The notes beneath the pieces were generated by a model. That model saw only the letters and a list, made by a program, of their open reading frames with translations. It ran no database searches and was not told the origin of the DNA. From the NCBI GenBank assembly GCA_016200255.1, contig JACQFA010000039.1, forward strand, positions 13,678 to 77,677: a stretch of DNA of 64,000 bases. Direction: 5' to 3'. Below, piece by piece: positions 19,183 through 29,565 of the stretch. The first letter of the stretch is position 1. Every line of letters starts with the position of its first letter. This DNA is from Nitrospirota bacterium. GTDB lineage: Bacteria; Nitrospirota; Nitrospiria; JACQBZ01. A program made the translations under genes and the position numbers.

Positions 19183-20307
19183 ATGAATAAAACAAGGCTG
19201 TTTGAAATCCAAAAGGCTGCAGGCGCTGTTTTCGAACCATCGGATGAAAGAGAACTCGTCCGCTCTTACGGAAACACCGTGGCCGAACATCTAACCGTCA
19301 GGAAAAAAGCCGGCCTGATCGACCGGTCCCATCGCGGAAAACTCCGACTGAAAGGCAAAGACCGCACCGAGTTTCTGCACGGCATGGTCACGAACGATAT
19401 CCAGAAGCTCGCGCCCGGAAACGGCCTTTACGCCGTCTTCACGACCGACAAGGCTAAGATGCTGGCCGATGGCCGGGTTTATTGCCTCCCGGACGCGCTT
19501 TGGATCGACCTTGAACCCGAAGCAACCGGGAAGATATACAAACATCTTGATAAATACACGCTTGCCTCGGATGTCACGGTCGAAAACCTGACCGAAACCC
19601 AGGGCCTCCTTTCCATTTATGGACCGTCGTCATCCGGGATCATCTCTCAAATCGTTCCATCCGCATCTATGCCGCCAAATGAGTATTCAACGTCTTCATT
19701 GTCACTGGACGGCACTGCATTACTGATGGCGCGAAACGAGATCACGGGCGAGGTGGGTTACGATCTCTATCTTCCAGCCGACAAACTGGCGTCAACCTGG
19801 AATCGGCTCTTGCAAATCGGCGACCCGCATGGACTCCAACCCGTTGGGCTGGAAGCACTGAACTCTCTCAGGATCGAAGCCGGTATCCCGAATTATGGGA
19901 TCGATATGGACGAATCGAATTTTCCGATGGAGGCCGGGCTGGAAGCAAGAGCGATCAGTTATACAAAGGGCTGCTATATCGGCCAGGAAACGATCGCGCG
20001 GGCGGATGCACAGGGCCAGATGAACAAACGGTTGATGGGACTCGAGCTTGCCGGAGAATCCGTTCCGAAAAAGGGCCAATCCATTCAGGCCCGACCGGAA
20101 AGTTCGGGAGCCGAAGGGCGTTTGGTAGGAACCATCACAAGCGCCGTCAAGTCTCCGACATTCGAAAAAGTGATCGCGATGGGCTACCTCCATCGCGACT
20201 TCATCAAGCCCGGCACGGAAGTCTTCATCGCCGGACAATCCGCCAAGGTCATCTCGCTGCCGTTTTATACACGATCAGGCCAATCAAAGACCTCGTCTGG
20301 AGCTTAG
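19183..20307 (+). CDS. Glycine-cleavage T-protein family (aminomethyltransferase/YgfZ-like folate-binding) protein
   Basis: GcvT-fold motifs: ...AGLIDRSHRGKLRLKGKDRTEFLHGMVTNDIQKL.... Confidence 0.75.
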   Translation: MNKTRLFEIQKAAGAVFEPSDERELVRSYGNTVAEHLTVRKKAGLIDRSHRGKLRLKGKDRTEFLHGMVTNDIQKLAPGNGLYAVFTTDKAKMLADGRVYCLPDALWIDLEPEATGKIYKHLDKYTLASDVTVENLTETQGLLSIYGPSSSGIISQIVPSASMPPNEYSTSSLSLDGTALLMARNEITGEVGYDLYLPADKLASTWNRLLQIGDPHGLQPVGLEALNSLRIEAGIPNYGIDMDESNFPMEAGLEARAISYTKGCYIGQETIARADAQGQMNKRLMGLELAGESVPKKGQSIQARPESSGAEGRLVGTITSAVKSPTFEKVIAMGYLHRDFIKPGTEVFIAGQSAKVISLPFYTRSGQSKTSSGA

Positions 20308-20414
20308 CCCTTCGTTCCTTAACGGCTCTCCTTCTCTCTGATTTTTAAATCTACGCCTAATCCAGCCTTCGATCCCGGAAAAGCGGCTGAACCGGATCGA
20401 TCTGCAGCCATCGG

Positions 20415-21497
20415 TTATCGCTCGGCTCCCCGTTTCCGCAAAAGTTTAACCAGATCGGTCTTGCCCATCTTCTCGGCCTGCATCAGCACCGTCTGGCCGG
20501 AGTTGTCGGCGGCTCCAACATTGGCCCCTCGATCCAGAAGAAGCGCAACCTCGGCGGTTTTGCCCATCTCCACCGCACGCATCAATGCCGTACGACCCAG
20601 AAGGTCCTTGTCCTCGATACTGGCTCCTCGATCCAGTAAAACCTTAACCAGATCCGCATGGCCCATTATGACGGCCTGGCTCAACGGCGTCTGGCCGATG
20701 TTGTCTTTGGCCCTGACGTCGGCCCCCCGATTAAGCAGGAACCCGGCCACATCAACCCGGCCTGCTGTGGCCGCCTGATATAACGCGGTCTGGCCAAGGT
20801 CGTTCTTGTCGTCAATGCTGGCCCCATTATCCAGCAGTCTCCTAACCATCTCCTTTTGGCCCACTCCATACATCAGCGCAGTCTGGCCCATGTTCCCCTT
20901 GGCCTCAATATGCGCGCCTTTCACGAGCAAAAGCCTGACGACCTCAGGCTGGCCTTCAACCACCGCTTGATCCAGCGCTGTAAAACCATTTTTGTCTCTG
21001 GCGTCGAGATTGGCCCCTTTATCCAGTAGAACCTTGACTACATCCATCTTGCCAAAATTCACCGCCCGGATCAATACCGTCTGACCGATATTGTTCCTGG
21101 CCTCAATATTGGCTCCTTTGGCCAGCAGGAGCCCCACCACATCCGCACTTCCCAGCGCATGCAGTAATGCAGTCTGGCCGAAGTTGTCCCTGGCCTCGAG
21201 GTTGACCCCTTTATCGAGTAGAAGCCGGGCGACATCCGCCCGGCCCACCATCACGGTGTACATCAGGACGGTGTAGCCCAGATTATCCTTGGCCTCGCCA
21301 TTGGCCCCCCGATCCAACAGAAGACCGACCTTATCCGCCTTACCCTCCGCCGCGGCCCTCCACATCTCCGTGTCGAAGTCGCCTGGACTTGTGTAGGCCC
21401 ATGGAGTTCCGCCGAAAAGAGCCGTGAAAAAGAGAGCCATGCTCCACAACCTGAACCATTGGAAAACAGAAACAGCCAGAACAGGTTTAATTCTCAT
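20415..21497 (-). CDS. Secreted ankyrin-repeat protein (about 10 ANK repeats, N-terminal signal peptide)
   Basis: Tandem G-TPL/G.TAL...A...GH..VV..LL..GA..... units. The start MRIKPVLAVSVF... is preceded by a GAGAGGA RBS. The N-terminus is hydrophobic. Confidence 0.85.
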   Translation of the reverse strand: MRIKPVLAVSVFQWFRLWSMALFFTALFGGTPWAYTSPGDFDTEMWRAAAEGKADKVGLLLDRGANGEAKDNLGYTVLMYTVMVGRADVARLLLDKGVNLEARDNFGQTALLHALGSADVVGLLLAKGANIEARNNIGQTVLIRAVNFGKMDVVKVLLDKGANLDARDKNGFTALDQAVVEGQPEVVRLLLVKGAHIEAKGNMGQTALMYGVGQKEMVRRLLDNGASIDDKNDLGQTALYQAATAGRVDVAGFLLNRGADVRAKDNIGQTPLSQAVIMGHADLVKVLLDRGASIEDKDLLGRTALMRAVEMGKTAEVALLLDRGANVGAADNSGQTVLMQAEKMGKTDLVKLLRKRGAER

Positions 21498-21657
21498 AAT
21501 TCCTCTCTCAAATAAAGATTTATTTTCCGAAGATCCACAAGAAATTAAAAAACCCGGGCGGATCATGGAGGCACCCCTATAATTGCGGGATGTGGTTTAT
21601 TGTCAGTGTAATGAAATTTTCTATGGGTCAATGGATGAAGCATGTCCCTCTCATCCG

Positions 21658-22065
21658 TCAGCTCGCACTGCTCATCACGGGCGAGCCGTGGTGGTGGATC
21701 ATCTTCCAGTCGGTCGGCTGTTTCGAGTAGAGATTGGTCGCCAGGACGCGGCTGATATGCGGTTCTCCGTTAACAAGCATATTGACCTTCTCGGTGCAGA
21801 TCACCCAGGCCAGGTCCCCGTTCACGACGATTTCGACATCCGTCACCTCGAACCGCATCCCGGTCGTGTGATTGAAGATCAGGACCCAGCTGTCCCGCAC
21901 ATCGGGCCATCCGGACCGGAGTTCCCAACCGGGATGGATGCATTTGACCGGTTTGTCCGTGGCCCAGACGTCTTCCATCATATGAATATCAAGGCTCTCA
22001 AAAGCCCGGTAGAACCGCTCGTTCGCCTGTTCAACTTCGAACTCTTGACTTTCAAGCGATGCCAT
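21658..22065 (-). CDS. SnoaL-like/NTF2-fold protein (DUF4440-like)
   Basis: 135 aa; FYRAFESLDIHMMEDVWATD...GDLAWV pattern typical of the ketosteroid isomerase-like fold. Confidence 0.5.
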   Translation of the reverse strand: MASLESQEFEVEQANERFYRAFESLDIHMMEDVWATDKPVKCIHPGWELRSGWPDVRDSWVLIFNHTTGMRFEVTDVEIVVNGDLAWVICTEKVNMLVNGEPHISRVLATNLYSKQPTDWKMIHHHGSPVMSSAS

Positions 22066-22142
22066 CTGACCACCTCACTATCGGTTGCAATGGCCCTTCA
22101 GCTTCGTGATATAATACCACCGCCCGCAATGAAGGACAACCG

Positions 22143-23066
22143 ATGAATCCCTATTATCGTTCCTACAGCCGGTACCTTAAGGAAACTTTTCCGTACAAAG
22201 TCTACAAAGTCGCGATCGATGCCGGCTTCTCCTGCCCGAACATTGACGGAACGGTCGCCACCGGTGGCTGCAGCTACTGCGACAACAAAAGCTTCTCGCC
22301 CAATTCCCGCACGGTGCCGCGGCCGATTCGCGAACAGATTCTCTCCGGCATGGAGTTTTATCACAGACGCTTCGGCGCCGAAAAGTTCATCGTCTATTTT
22401 CAGGCCTTCACGAACACCCACGGACCGGTCGGGCAGCTCAAGCGGCTGTATGACGAGGCGCTGACCTTCCCGGATGTGGTCGGGCTTTCGATCGGAACCC
22501 GGCCGGACTGCGTCCCCGAACCCGTGCTGGATCTCCTGTCCGATTATCACTGTCGAACGCAGCTCTGGATCGAGTACGGCCTACAGAGCATTCATGATGT
22601 CACGATGGCTTCACTCAACCGCGCCCATACTTATGACCAGTTTCTGGATGCGGTCGGACGGACCCGACGCCGGGGGCTGCGCATCTTCACGCATGTCATA
22701 CTGGGCCTGCCGGGTGAAACTCCGGCGATGATGATGCAGACCGCGGATGAGGTGGCCCGCCTGAATCTGGATGGGATCAAGATCCATCATCTCTATATCT
22801 CCAAAAACACGGCGCTGGCCAAACTCCATCAACACCAGCCGATCAAGACACTGCCGCTGGAGGAATATATCCCTCTGGCCTGTGACTTCCTTGAGCGGAT
22901 ACCGTCCGCCGTCGTGATTGAACGCCTCATGGGCGAATTAAACGAGGATTACGTCGTGGCGCCGCGCTGGGGCAAGACCAAATCGGAGATACTGCGATTG
23001 ATCGATCTCGAGTTCGAGCGCCGCGGGAGCCGCCAGGGAATCCACCGCCTGTCGCCCGTTGCTTAA
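22143..23066 (+). CDS. TIGR01212-family radical SAM protein (YhcC-like)
   Basis: The N-terminal YKVYKVAIDAGFSCPNIDGTVATGGCSYCDN is the characteristic YhcC radical SAM signature. Confidence 0.85.
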   Translation: MNPYYRSYSRYLKETFPYKVYKVAIDAGFSCPNIDGTVATGGCSYCDNKSFSPNSRTVPRPIREQILSGMEFYHRRFGAEKFIVYFQAFTNTHGPVGQLKRLYDEALTFPDVVGLSIGTRPDCVPEPVLDLLSDYHCRTQLWIEYGLQSIHDVTMASLNRAHTYDQFLDAVGRTRRRGLRIFTHVILGLPGETPAMMMQTADEVARLNLDGIKIHHLYISKNTALAKLHQHQPIKTLPLEEYIPLACDFLERIPSAVVIERLMGELNEDYVVAPRWGKTKSEILRLIDLEFERRGSRQGIHRLSPVA

Positions 23067-24222
23067 GATGCCGTCCCGACGACCCTATCGCGCCGGTCTG
23101 AAGCGGCTGCAGAAACAGCTGCTGAGCTGGTATCGTCGCAATAAGCGAGACCTCCCCTGGAGAAAGACCGGCAACCCCTACCGGATCCTCGTCTCTGAAA
23201 TCATGCTTCAGCAGACCCAGGTCGTCACGGTGATTCCGTACTATCGCCGTTTCATCAAAACTTTTCCGACCGTATTGTCGCTGGCCCGCGCCCCGCTGCA
23301 AAAAGTCTTTAAACTTTGGGAAGGACTGGGCTACTACTCACGCGCCCGAAACCTGCACCGGGCCGCGCAGGCGGTCCGGGACCAATGGAATGGAATCATT
23401 CCGAATACCGTCGAGGGACTGACTTCCCTGCCCGGAATCGGACGATACACGGCCGGCGCCGTCGCCAGCATCGCTTTCGGGATCAGAGCGCCTATTCTGG
23501 ACGGCAATGTCCGCCGCATGCTCTGCCGGATTTTCGCGATACGGAAGGATCCGCGGCAGGCCGATGTTCAGGACCGGCTCTGGACTCTCGCCGATGACAT
23601 TCTCCCAGAGAAGAACGTCGGCGATTTTAACCAGGCCATGATGGAACTCGGCGCACTGATCTGTCTTCCTCGAACGCCGGCCTGCCCGGTCTGTCCGGTA
23701 CGCGAATCCTGTCGGGCCTATCAGGCCGGCATTCAAGACCGCATTCCGGTCCGGACCGCAAAAAAAATCATTCCGCACAATACAATGATTGTGATGCTGA
23801 TCCGGAACGGTCAAGGCCTTCTGATCGGGCCAAGACCAGAACGGGGGTTACTGGCCGGACTGTGGAGTTTTCCGGAAATGGACGGAAAAGATGCGATGAC
23901 GCCACGGCAGATCGAGAAGGCAATCGAAAAACGGTTCGGGCTCAAAACCGACCTGCTCCCGCCGCTCGATCCGGTCGTGCATACGTTCTCGCACAAACAA
24001 ATCACCTATTATCCTTTTCTGTTTAACTGCGTCTCGACAAAAAATAGACTCCCCGGCCCATGGCAATGGATTCCATTGGACAAGATTGCCGATTATCCGC
24101 TTCCCAATGCGACACGGAAAATTTTTGATCAAATTACAATAGACCGTCTCCCGCTGGCCGCAGAAACACCGACCCTATACCGAACATCGAAAACGATCCG
24201 CCGAGAGAAACGGCATGCCTGA
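23059..24222 (+). CDS. mutY: A/G-specific adenine DNA glycosylase MutY
   Basis: LLSWYRRNKRDLPWRKTGNPYRILVSEIMLQQTQV, a HhH-GPD domain, the 4Fe-4S Cys cluster C-x6-C-x2-C-x5-C, and a C-terminal NUDIX-like domain. It overlaps the upstream gene by 8 nt. Confidence 0.9.
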   Translation: MLKMPSRRPYRAGLKRLQKQLLSWYRRNKRDLPWRKTGNPYRILVSEIMLQQTQVVTVIPYYRRFIKTFPTVLSLARAPLQKVFKLWEGLGYYSRARNLHRAAQAVRDQWNGIIPNTVEGLTSLPGIGRYTAGAVASIAFGIRAPILDGNVRRMLCRIFAIRKDPRQADVQDRLWTLADDILPEKNVGDFNQAMMELGALICLPRTPACPVCPVRESCRAYQAGIQDRIPVRTAKKIIPHNTMIVMLIRNGQGLLIGPRPERGLLAGLWSFPEMDGKDAMTPRQIEKAIEKRFGLKTDLLPPLDPVVHTFSHKQITYYPFLFNCVSTKNRLPGPWQWIPLDKIADYPLPNATRKIFDQITIDRLPLAAETPTLYRTSKTIRREKRHA

Positions 24223-24620
24223 GATCCCCGATTTAGAAGCGGTCAAGTTCGTATTGTAAAACCGCATCGACCCTTGACCGTTCTTACGATCTCTAATTTA
24301 TCTTGACATAGCAGGTACAGGGGACTACCCTAACTTTAGTATCATTTAGAAGGCAACGACACCTCCCTCGATTAAAGAACCATCCGAAGTTAACTGACCC
24401 GGTGCCGTTCCTGCGGTCGTAATTTTCCATCCGGGCCTGACAATCAGGCCGTGATTTAAATCCCAGAGCCCAACAAAGGAGGCTCTGATGGAAAGAAACC
24501 TCTCTTCTCTTTTTTCCTCCCCGCTCACCGGAGACCCTTATACCTCTCGTGCTCCTCCCATGCTGCCTCGCCAACGTCGCCGTATAGAGAGAGGTACTCT
24601 TGAAGTAAAGGAGGTCTGCG

Positions 24621-25571
24621 ATGAAGCTGACCCAGATAAAATCGATCAAGACCAATTCAGAAGATCTAAACACGGGAGGTTTCTTCCTTCTCCTGTCAGT
24701 GGTCGTGATTCTTTCATTCACTGTTTTCTTGTGGCGCGCCGATCACTTCTCCCAAAAACGGATCGATAACGGCAAGGTACAGGAAACCGTCGGAGATCGG
24801 ATCCAGGCCCTGGGACGTTTCGATCAGGAGCGGCAGACCCGACTCCAACAACAATGGGACAACACGGTTCGGCAGTTCACCGTATTTACAAACAGCCGAG
24901 AAGGAAGATTGCAGGAGATTCTCGGACAGTCCATTGTAGGAATGACCCAAACGATTCTCATGGAGCAAAATCGGCTCAGAGGCGCCGTGGTCCGGGCGCA
25001 GAAAGACCTCCGGCTGTTCAACGAGGGAAGGGACGCCCGCTGGCAGGAAAAACTGTGCGGGGCCGTGATGAAGGCATATCGGCGCGCCCCTGAAGGAGGC
25101 GTCGCATTTCAGTTGACCTTCGAACGAGAAACGATCCGACTTGGTAAACTCGAGGCGCGAACCACCCGCAATCTGCAGTCCACCCTGGGCGCCCTGATGG
25201 CTCAAGAGGCCCGGTTCCATATGGCCATCCCCGGAATGTATCGGGATGCGATCGAATCCGCCCAACGATCCGCCCAGCTACTCGAGGCCTCTTACATGGC
25301 CTCGACCGGTCGAATCCTCGATGGACTCAAAACCGATTTATCCTGGCAGAGGCGACCTGAAGATTACACGCGGCTCATTGGAGTCGTTCAGGAAGTGCTC
25401 AGAAATCATCGGGGCGCAGGCGGATTTGTGGAGTACGGCTGGCCGGCGCTTACCGGATTACTGGTGGCCATGGTTTGGATGGGTTTGACCATCCCAAAGG
25501 GTCCTTCGGCGGATGTGGATGCAGCCAAGGAGGAGATGGCCATCGATTTAAGTATGCCCAAGGCGGCCTAA
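24621..25571 (+). CDS. Hypothetical membrane protein (N- and C-terminal TM segments)
   Basis: AAGGAGG RBS; TM segments FFLLLSVVVILSFTVFLW and WPALTGLLVAMVWMGL; no identified domain. Confidence 0.5.
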   Translation: MKLTQIKSIKTNSEDLNTGGFFLLLSVVVILSFTVFLWRADHFSQKRIDNGKVQETVGDRIQALGRFDQERQTRLQQQWDNTVRQFTVFTNSREGRLQEILGQSIVGMTQTILMEQNRLRGAVVRAQKDLRLFNEGRDARWQEKLCGAVMKAYRRAPEGGVAFQLTFERETIRLGKLEARTTRNLQSTLGALMAQEARFHMAIPGMYRDAIESAQRSAQLLEASYMASTGRILDGLKTDLSWQRRPEDYTRLIGVVQEVLRNHRGAGGFVEYGWPALTGLLVAMVWMGLTIPKGPSADVDAAKEEMAIDLSMPKAA

Positions 25572-25620
25572 AAAACGACCTCTGATCAGCCGAACAGAAG
25601 GGCGGGTTGATAACCCGTCC

Positions 25621-26289
25621 CTACAGCGATGCATACAACTTTCCTATCTCGGTCATGACGGCCTCGACAATCTGTTGCGATGTCTCAACGCTCTCGGGTT
25701 GATTATAAAACCGGCTGAGATCCATCGGCGGACCGTAGATGATCTTCGCCCGTCGGCCGATCCGGGGGATCCAGGCCCCGCGCGGAAGAATGCCATCCGT
25801 TCCTTTCACGGCTACCGGAATGACCTTGTTCGGCCGGGCGTCATGAATCACCTTGCCGACACCGGGATGGCCCGGAAGCAGTTCACCCGTCGTGGACCAG
25901 GTCCCTTCCGGATAAACGATGAGCATGTCCGTCTTGAGAACCTCGGCCATGCGCCCCATCGATTGGATGTCGCGCTGTCGCCGCCTGACCGGAAAAGCCC
26001 CGATCAAATACATCACGGCCCTTGAAAAAGCGTTGGTGAAAAGCTCTTCCTTGGCCGCGGCCCGCCACCAGACGGGCGAAAAGCGCGGCATCGCCGTGAT
26101 CCCGAAAAGAAGCGGATCGAGGGCCGAGATATGATTCGACAGGAACAACACCCCCCGCTCGCCCCGCAACGGAATGTTTTCACGGCCGAGGACCTCGACG
26201 CGATTGAGAACCCGGAAGAGAATATCCAGAAGTGACAGGCCGACAAAATGCAGCAGGTTGACCCAGAATCCCGGACCGGTTCGCCTCAT
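25621..26289 (-). CDS. plsC: 1-acyl-sn-glycerol-3-phosphate acyltransferase (PlsC family)
   Basis: HxxxxD motif (LSNHISALDP) and a PEGT block. Confidence 0.8.
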   Translation of the reverse strand: MRRTGPGFWVNLLHFVGLSLLDILFRVLNRVEVLGRENIPLRGERGVLFLSNHISALDPLLFGITAMPRFSPVWWRAAAKEELFTNAFSRAVMYLIGAFPVRRRQRDIQSMGRMAEVLKTDMLIVYPEGTWSTTGELLPGHPGVGKVIHDARPNKVIPVAVKGTDGILPRGAWIPRIGRRAKIIYGPPMDLSRFYNQPESVETSQQIVEAVMTEIGKLYASL

Positions 26290-26352
26290 ATTTGCTTTAT
26301 CTATTCCTTGCGGAATAAAATGTCAATAAAGATTTTTAATAAAGGAGATCCC

Positions 26353-26640
26353 ATGGCCCGAAAATTATCAACCACCGAGATTCAACAAAAACTAAAGGAA
26401 CTGGACGGCTGGCGGCAGGAGGACGACTCGATCAAAAAGCAGTATGTCTTCGAATCCTTTATGCCGGCCGTTCAATTCGTCAACCGCGTGGCCGGCAAGG
26501 CCGAGGCGGCGGATCATCATCCCGACATCACGATTCTTTACCGAAAGGTGACGATGGTTCTCTCGACTCATTCCGAAGGAGGTCTGACGGAGAAGGATTT
26601 CGCACTGGCCAAACAGATCGACGCGGCCGTTACACCCTAA
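26353..26640 (+). CDS. Pterin-4a-carbinolamine dehydratase (PCD/DCoH)
   Basis: [20 protein letters not shown]...AADHHPDI... PCD signature; AAAGGAG RBS. Confidence 0.8.
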   Translation: MARKLSTTEIQQKLKELDGWRQEDDSIKKQYVFESFMPAVQFVNRVAGKAEAADHHPDITILYRKVTMVLSTHSEGGLTEKDFALAKQIDAAVTP

Positions 26641-26642
26641 TC

Positions 26643-27314
26643 ATGCATATTTTAATCGTGGAAGACGACCGTAAGACCGCGGCCTATCTTCGGAAGGGAC
26701 TCACCGAAAACGGATTCGTCGTGGATGTCGCCGACAAGGGGGAGGATGGATTGTTTCTCGCCCGTACCGGCGATTACGACCTGATCATCCTGGACGTGAT
26801 GCTTCCGGAACAGGACGGCTGGTCGGTCATGGCCGGCATTCACCAAAGCGGCAAGCCGGTCCCTGTTCTCTTTCTGACGGCGCGTGATTCGGTGCAGGAT
26901 CGCGTCAAAGGGCTGGAACTGGGCGCGGATGATTATCTGGTCAAGCCCTTCGCCTTCTCGGAACTGCTGGCCCGCATCCATTCCATTCTCCGCCGGGGCC
27001 CCGGACGGAATGCCGACATCCTCCGGATCACGGATCTGGAAATCGACCTCCCGAGACACCGGGCGATGCGGGGCGGTAAGCGCCTCGATCTGACGCCCAA
27101 AGAGTTCGCGCTCCTTTCCTTCCTGGCCCGCCGGACCGGCGAGGTGCTATCACGGACCTTGATCTCGGAACAGGTCTGGGATATGAATTTCGACAGCGAC
27201 ACCAATGTCGTGGATGTGGCTATTCGAAGACTTCGAAGAAAGGTGGACGATCCGTTTGATAAAAAACTGATTCACACGGTTCGCGGCGTGGGGTATGTTC
27301 TTGAAGACCGCTGA
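26643..27314 (+). CDS. OmpR-family response regulator (CusR/CopR-like)
   Basis: [25 protein letters not shown]...[10 protein letters not shown] receiver domain plus a winged-helix C-terminus. Confidence 0.85.
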   Translation: MHILIVEDDRKTAAYLRKGLTENGFVVDVADKGEDGLFLARTGDYDLIILDVMLPEQDGWSVMAGIHQSGKPVPVLFLTARDSVQDRVKGLELGADDYLVKPFAFSELLARIHSILRRGPGRNADILRITDLEIDLPRHRAMRGGKRLDLTPKEFALLSFLARRTGEVLSRTLISEQVWDMNFDSDTNVVDVAIRRLRRKVDDPFDKKLIHTVRGVGYVLEDR

Positions 27315-28737
27315 AGAAACAAAAGACCGCCGGCCGGCATGGACCCGGCCCGGCGGATGGTCCATCACGGGGCGATTGACCGTTTTATATACGCTGTCAA
27401 CGGTGGGAATGTTCCTTGTGGCGACCGGGCTTCTCTACTGGGTGCTGGTCAGCGATCTGGAAAAGGCCGACAAACAGTTTCTGAACGACAAGATCCGGGT
27501 TCTCCGCGCCATTTTACGGGAGCATCCGGACAAGGCGGAAGGGTTGGAGGAGGAGGTGTCCTCCGCGGGAGCCTACGATGTCAGGGTTCTGGATCAAGAG
27601 AAGCGTGTCCTGATCGAAACCCCCGGCATGGTCTACATTCTGCCCGTCCCTCTGTTTCCGGCCCCGATCGGGCCAAACGAGATGCCGGTCGCCGGAGTCA
27701 AATGGAAATCGTCGCGGGGTCGTTCGTATCGCGTGGTCTCGGCATGGGCCGAAGTCGGACGCTCCATCCAAAATCAGCGACTTCTGCAGGTCGCCCTGGA
27801 CATCACAAGCGAGCAGACCCTCATTATCGGCTATCGACGACGGTTGATGGTCGCACTCCTGGGCGGAATCCTGTTCTCGGCCGGAAGCGGCATCGCGGTG
27901 GCCCGTCGGGGCATGCGGCCCGTGAAAGAGATTACGCAGACCGCGGAGCGGATCACGGCCGCTCAGCTTCACGAACGGATTGATCCGGCGCGATGGCCCA
28001 AGGAGCTGACCGCGCTGGCGACCGCGTTCGACCAGATGCTCGACCGGCTTCAGGAATCCTTCACCCGTCTTTCCCGGTTTTCGGCCGACCTAGCCCACGA
28101 ACTTCGCACCCCGATCCATAACTTGATGGGCGAGGCCGAAGTAGCGCTCTCCCGGAACAGAGCGCCGGAAGAATACCGGGAGGTACTGGAATCCAGTCTG
28201 GAGGAATTCGCAAAGCTGTCCCGCATGATTGACGGTCTGCTTTTCCTGGCCCGCGCCGAAAATCCGGAATGCACGATCGAACGGCAAACGGTCGAGGCGC
28301 GGAAGGAGATCGAAACCGTGGCGGACTTTCACGACGCCGTCGCCAAGGAGCAGGGCATCGAGATCGCCTGTGAAGGGGCCGCGTCGTTATCCGCCGATCC
28401 GATACTCCTGCGCCGGGCCCTGAGCAATCTATTGTCCAACGCCCTCCAGTACACCCCTCGCGGCGGACGGATCGTCGTCTCCGCAAGACCCGTGGCCGAT
28501 CTCGGGGTCGAAATCCGGGTGAAAGACACCGGATCCGGCATCGCGCCGGAGCATCTTCCAAAAATCTTCGACCGGTTCTATCGGGCCGACAGCGCGCGAT
28601 CCCCCTTCCCCCAGGGCTTCGGGCTCGGGCTGGCGATCGTCAAATCCATCATGGACCTGCACGGCGGTGCCGTCGCCATCCAGAGCGAGCCGTCCAAGGG
28701 AACCACCGTCACGTTAACGTTTTCTTCACCGTCATAA
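27295..28737 (+). CDS. Heavy-metal-type sensor histidine kinase (CusS-like; two TM helices, HAMP, HisKA, HATPase_c)
   Basis: [12 protein letters not shown]-box and the G-boxes [20 protein letters not shown]...GFGLGLAIV. It overlaps the regulator gene by 20 nt. Confidence 0.85.
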   Translation: MFLKTAEETKDRRPAWTRPGGWSITGRLTVLYTLSTVGMFLVATGLLYWVLVSDLEKADKQFLNDKIRVLRAILREHPDKAEGLEEEVSSAGAYDVRVLDQEKRVLIETPGMVYILPVPLFPAPIGPNEMPVAGVKWKSSRGRSYRVVSAWAEVGRSIQNQRLLQVALDITSEQTLIIGYRRRLMVALLGGILFSAGSGIAVARRGMRPVKEITQTAERITAAQLHERIDPARWPKELTALATAFDQMLDRLQESFTRLSRFSADLAHELRTPIHNLMGEAEVALSRNRAPEEYREVLESSLEEFAKLSRMIDGLLFLARAENPECTIERQTVEARKEIETVADFHDAVAKEQGIEIACEGAASLSADPILLRRALSNLLSNALQYTPRGGRIVVSARPVADLGVEIRVKDTGSGIAPEHLPKIFDRFYRADSARSPFPQGFGLGLAIVKSIMDLHGGAVAIQSEPSKGTTVTLTFSSPS

Positions 28738-28755
28738 CATCTTGTACCGAAGCCG

Positions 28756-28790
28756 GATGACAGAATTGTAATCTTTCTGTCATCTTTTTG
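28756..28790 (+). terminator. Intrinsic terminator after the sensor kinase gene
   Basis: Perfect 9-bp stem GATGACAGA / TCTGTCATC with a 12-nt loop, followed by TTTTTG. A second imperfect hairpin (GGAGAGGgtgtgc...gcacatCCTCTCC plus a T6 run) lies at about 28826-28870. Confidence 0.7.
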
Positions 28791-28907
28791 TGCGGCTATA
28801 CCTGCTAGGATGGTTTCGTCAAGAGGGTTGGGAGAGGGTGTGCGGTGCGGGCTGCACATCCTCTCCTTTTTTACAAAACCCAGATCGCGGCGGAAAAGGA
28901 GCGTCCA

Positions 28908-29092
28908 TGAAGCGGAACCTGGACAACGTCCGGTTGAAAACAAAGAATGACCGATTGATCTGTCCGCACTGCAGGTCCGGCAACGACGGAATAACGCTCG
29001 GACTCTTCTGGGAACTCGGAGAGTGCTGCTGGCGATGCGTCATCTGTGGTTACCGGTCTTTCGTGGATTTCGTGCCGGCCAGAACGGCTTGA
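28908..29092 (+). CDS. Small Cys-rich (zinc-ribbon-like) protein, 61 aa
   Basis: AAAAGGAG RBS 6 nt upstream of the ATG; CPHC...CCWRCVICG Cys pattern. No family assigned. Confidence 0.4.
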
Positions 29093-29109
29093 TCGATGGA
29101 AAGGCTTTC

Positions 29110-29565
29110 TTACGAAGCCGGTTTTTCAAAGGTGAGGAGATACTGCGCCACCTGGTGCACGGCCTTTTCGGGACTGGAAAGATCCAGCCGGGTCTGGAAG
29201 GTGATCGCATAATGATCCGGCGTCGCCTCGATCCCCTCCTCGAATCCCTGACTGAGAAGCGCCGCGCGGTATCGGTCCACGATCGCTTTGAGATGGTACC
29301 GGGCCACGCGGACCAGTTCATCGTCCGCCATGTCCTCCGTCTGGTCGCCGGTCAGCAGGTTGCGCATCTCCTCCATATCGACGCCGAACTGGCAGGCAAA
29401 CCGCCCGTCCGAAAAGAGCTCCACCAGACAGTCCGTATCGGGAAGAACCAACAGCAACGAACCGCCGTTGTCGATATAACCTTCAAGCCGTTCATACGAC
29501 CAGCCCAATTTTTTAATCGTCGCTTCGATCGGATCCAGTGCGGAAGTCTGTTTAGGTTCGGACAT
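29110..29565 (-). CDS. Hypothetical protein (151 aa)
   Basis: A clean ORF coupled to the upstream TPR gene with a 14-nt overlap. Confidence 0.45.
   Translation of the reverse strand: MSEPKQTSALDPIEATIKKLGWSYERLEGYIDNGGSLLLVLPDTDCLVELFSDGRFACQFGVDMEEMRNLLTGDQTEDMADDELVRVARYHLKAIVDRYRAALLSQGFEEGIEATPDHYAITFQTRLDLSSPEKAVHQVAQYLLTFEKPAS

Noticed and set aside
24293-24721. 142-aa minus-strand ORF in the mutY-downstream spacer
   Set aside because: It overlaps two better-supported plus-strand starts, has no RBS and has an improbable composition.
27339-28561. ORFs overlapping the CusS-like gene (214 aa on the plus strand, 152 and 166 aa on the minus strand)
   Set aside because: They are alternative or antisense frames of a well-supported kinase gene.
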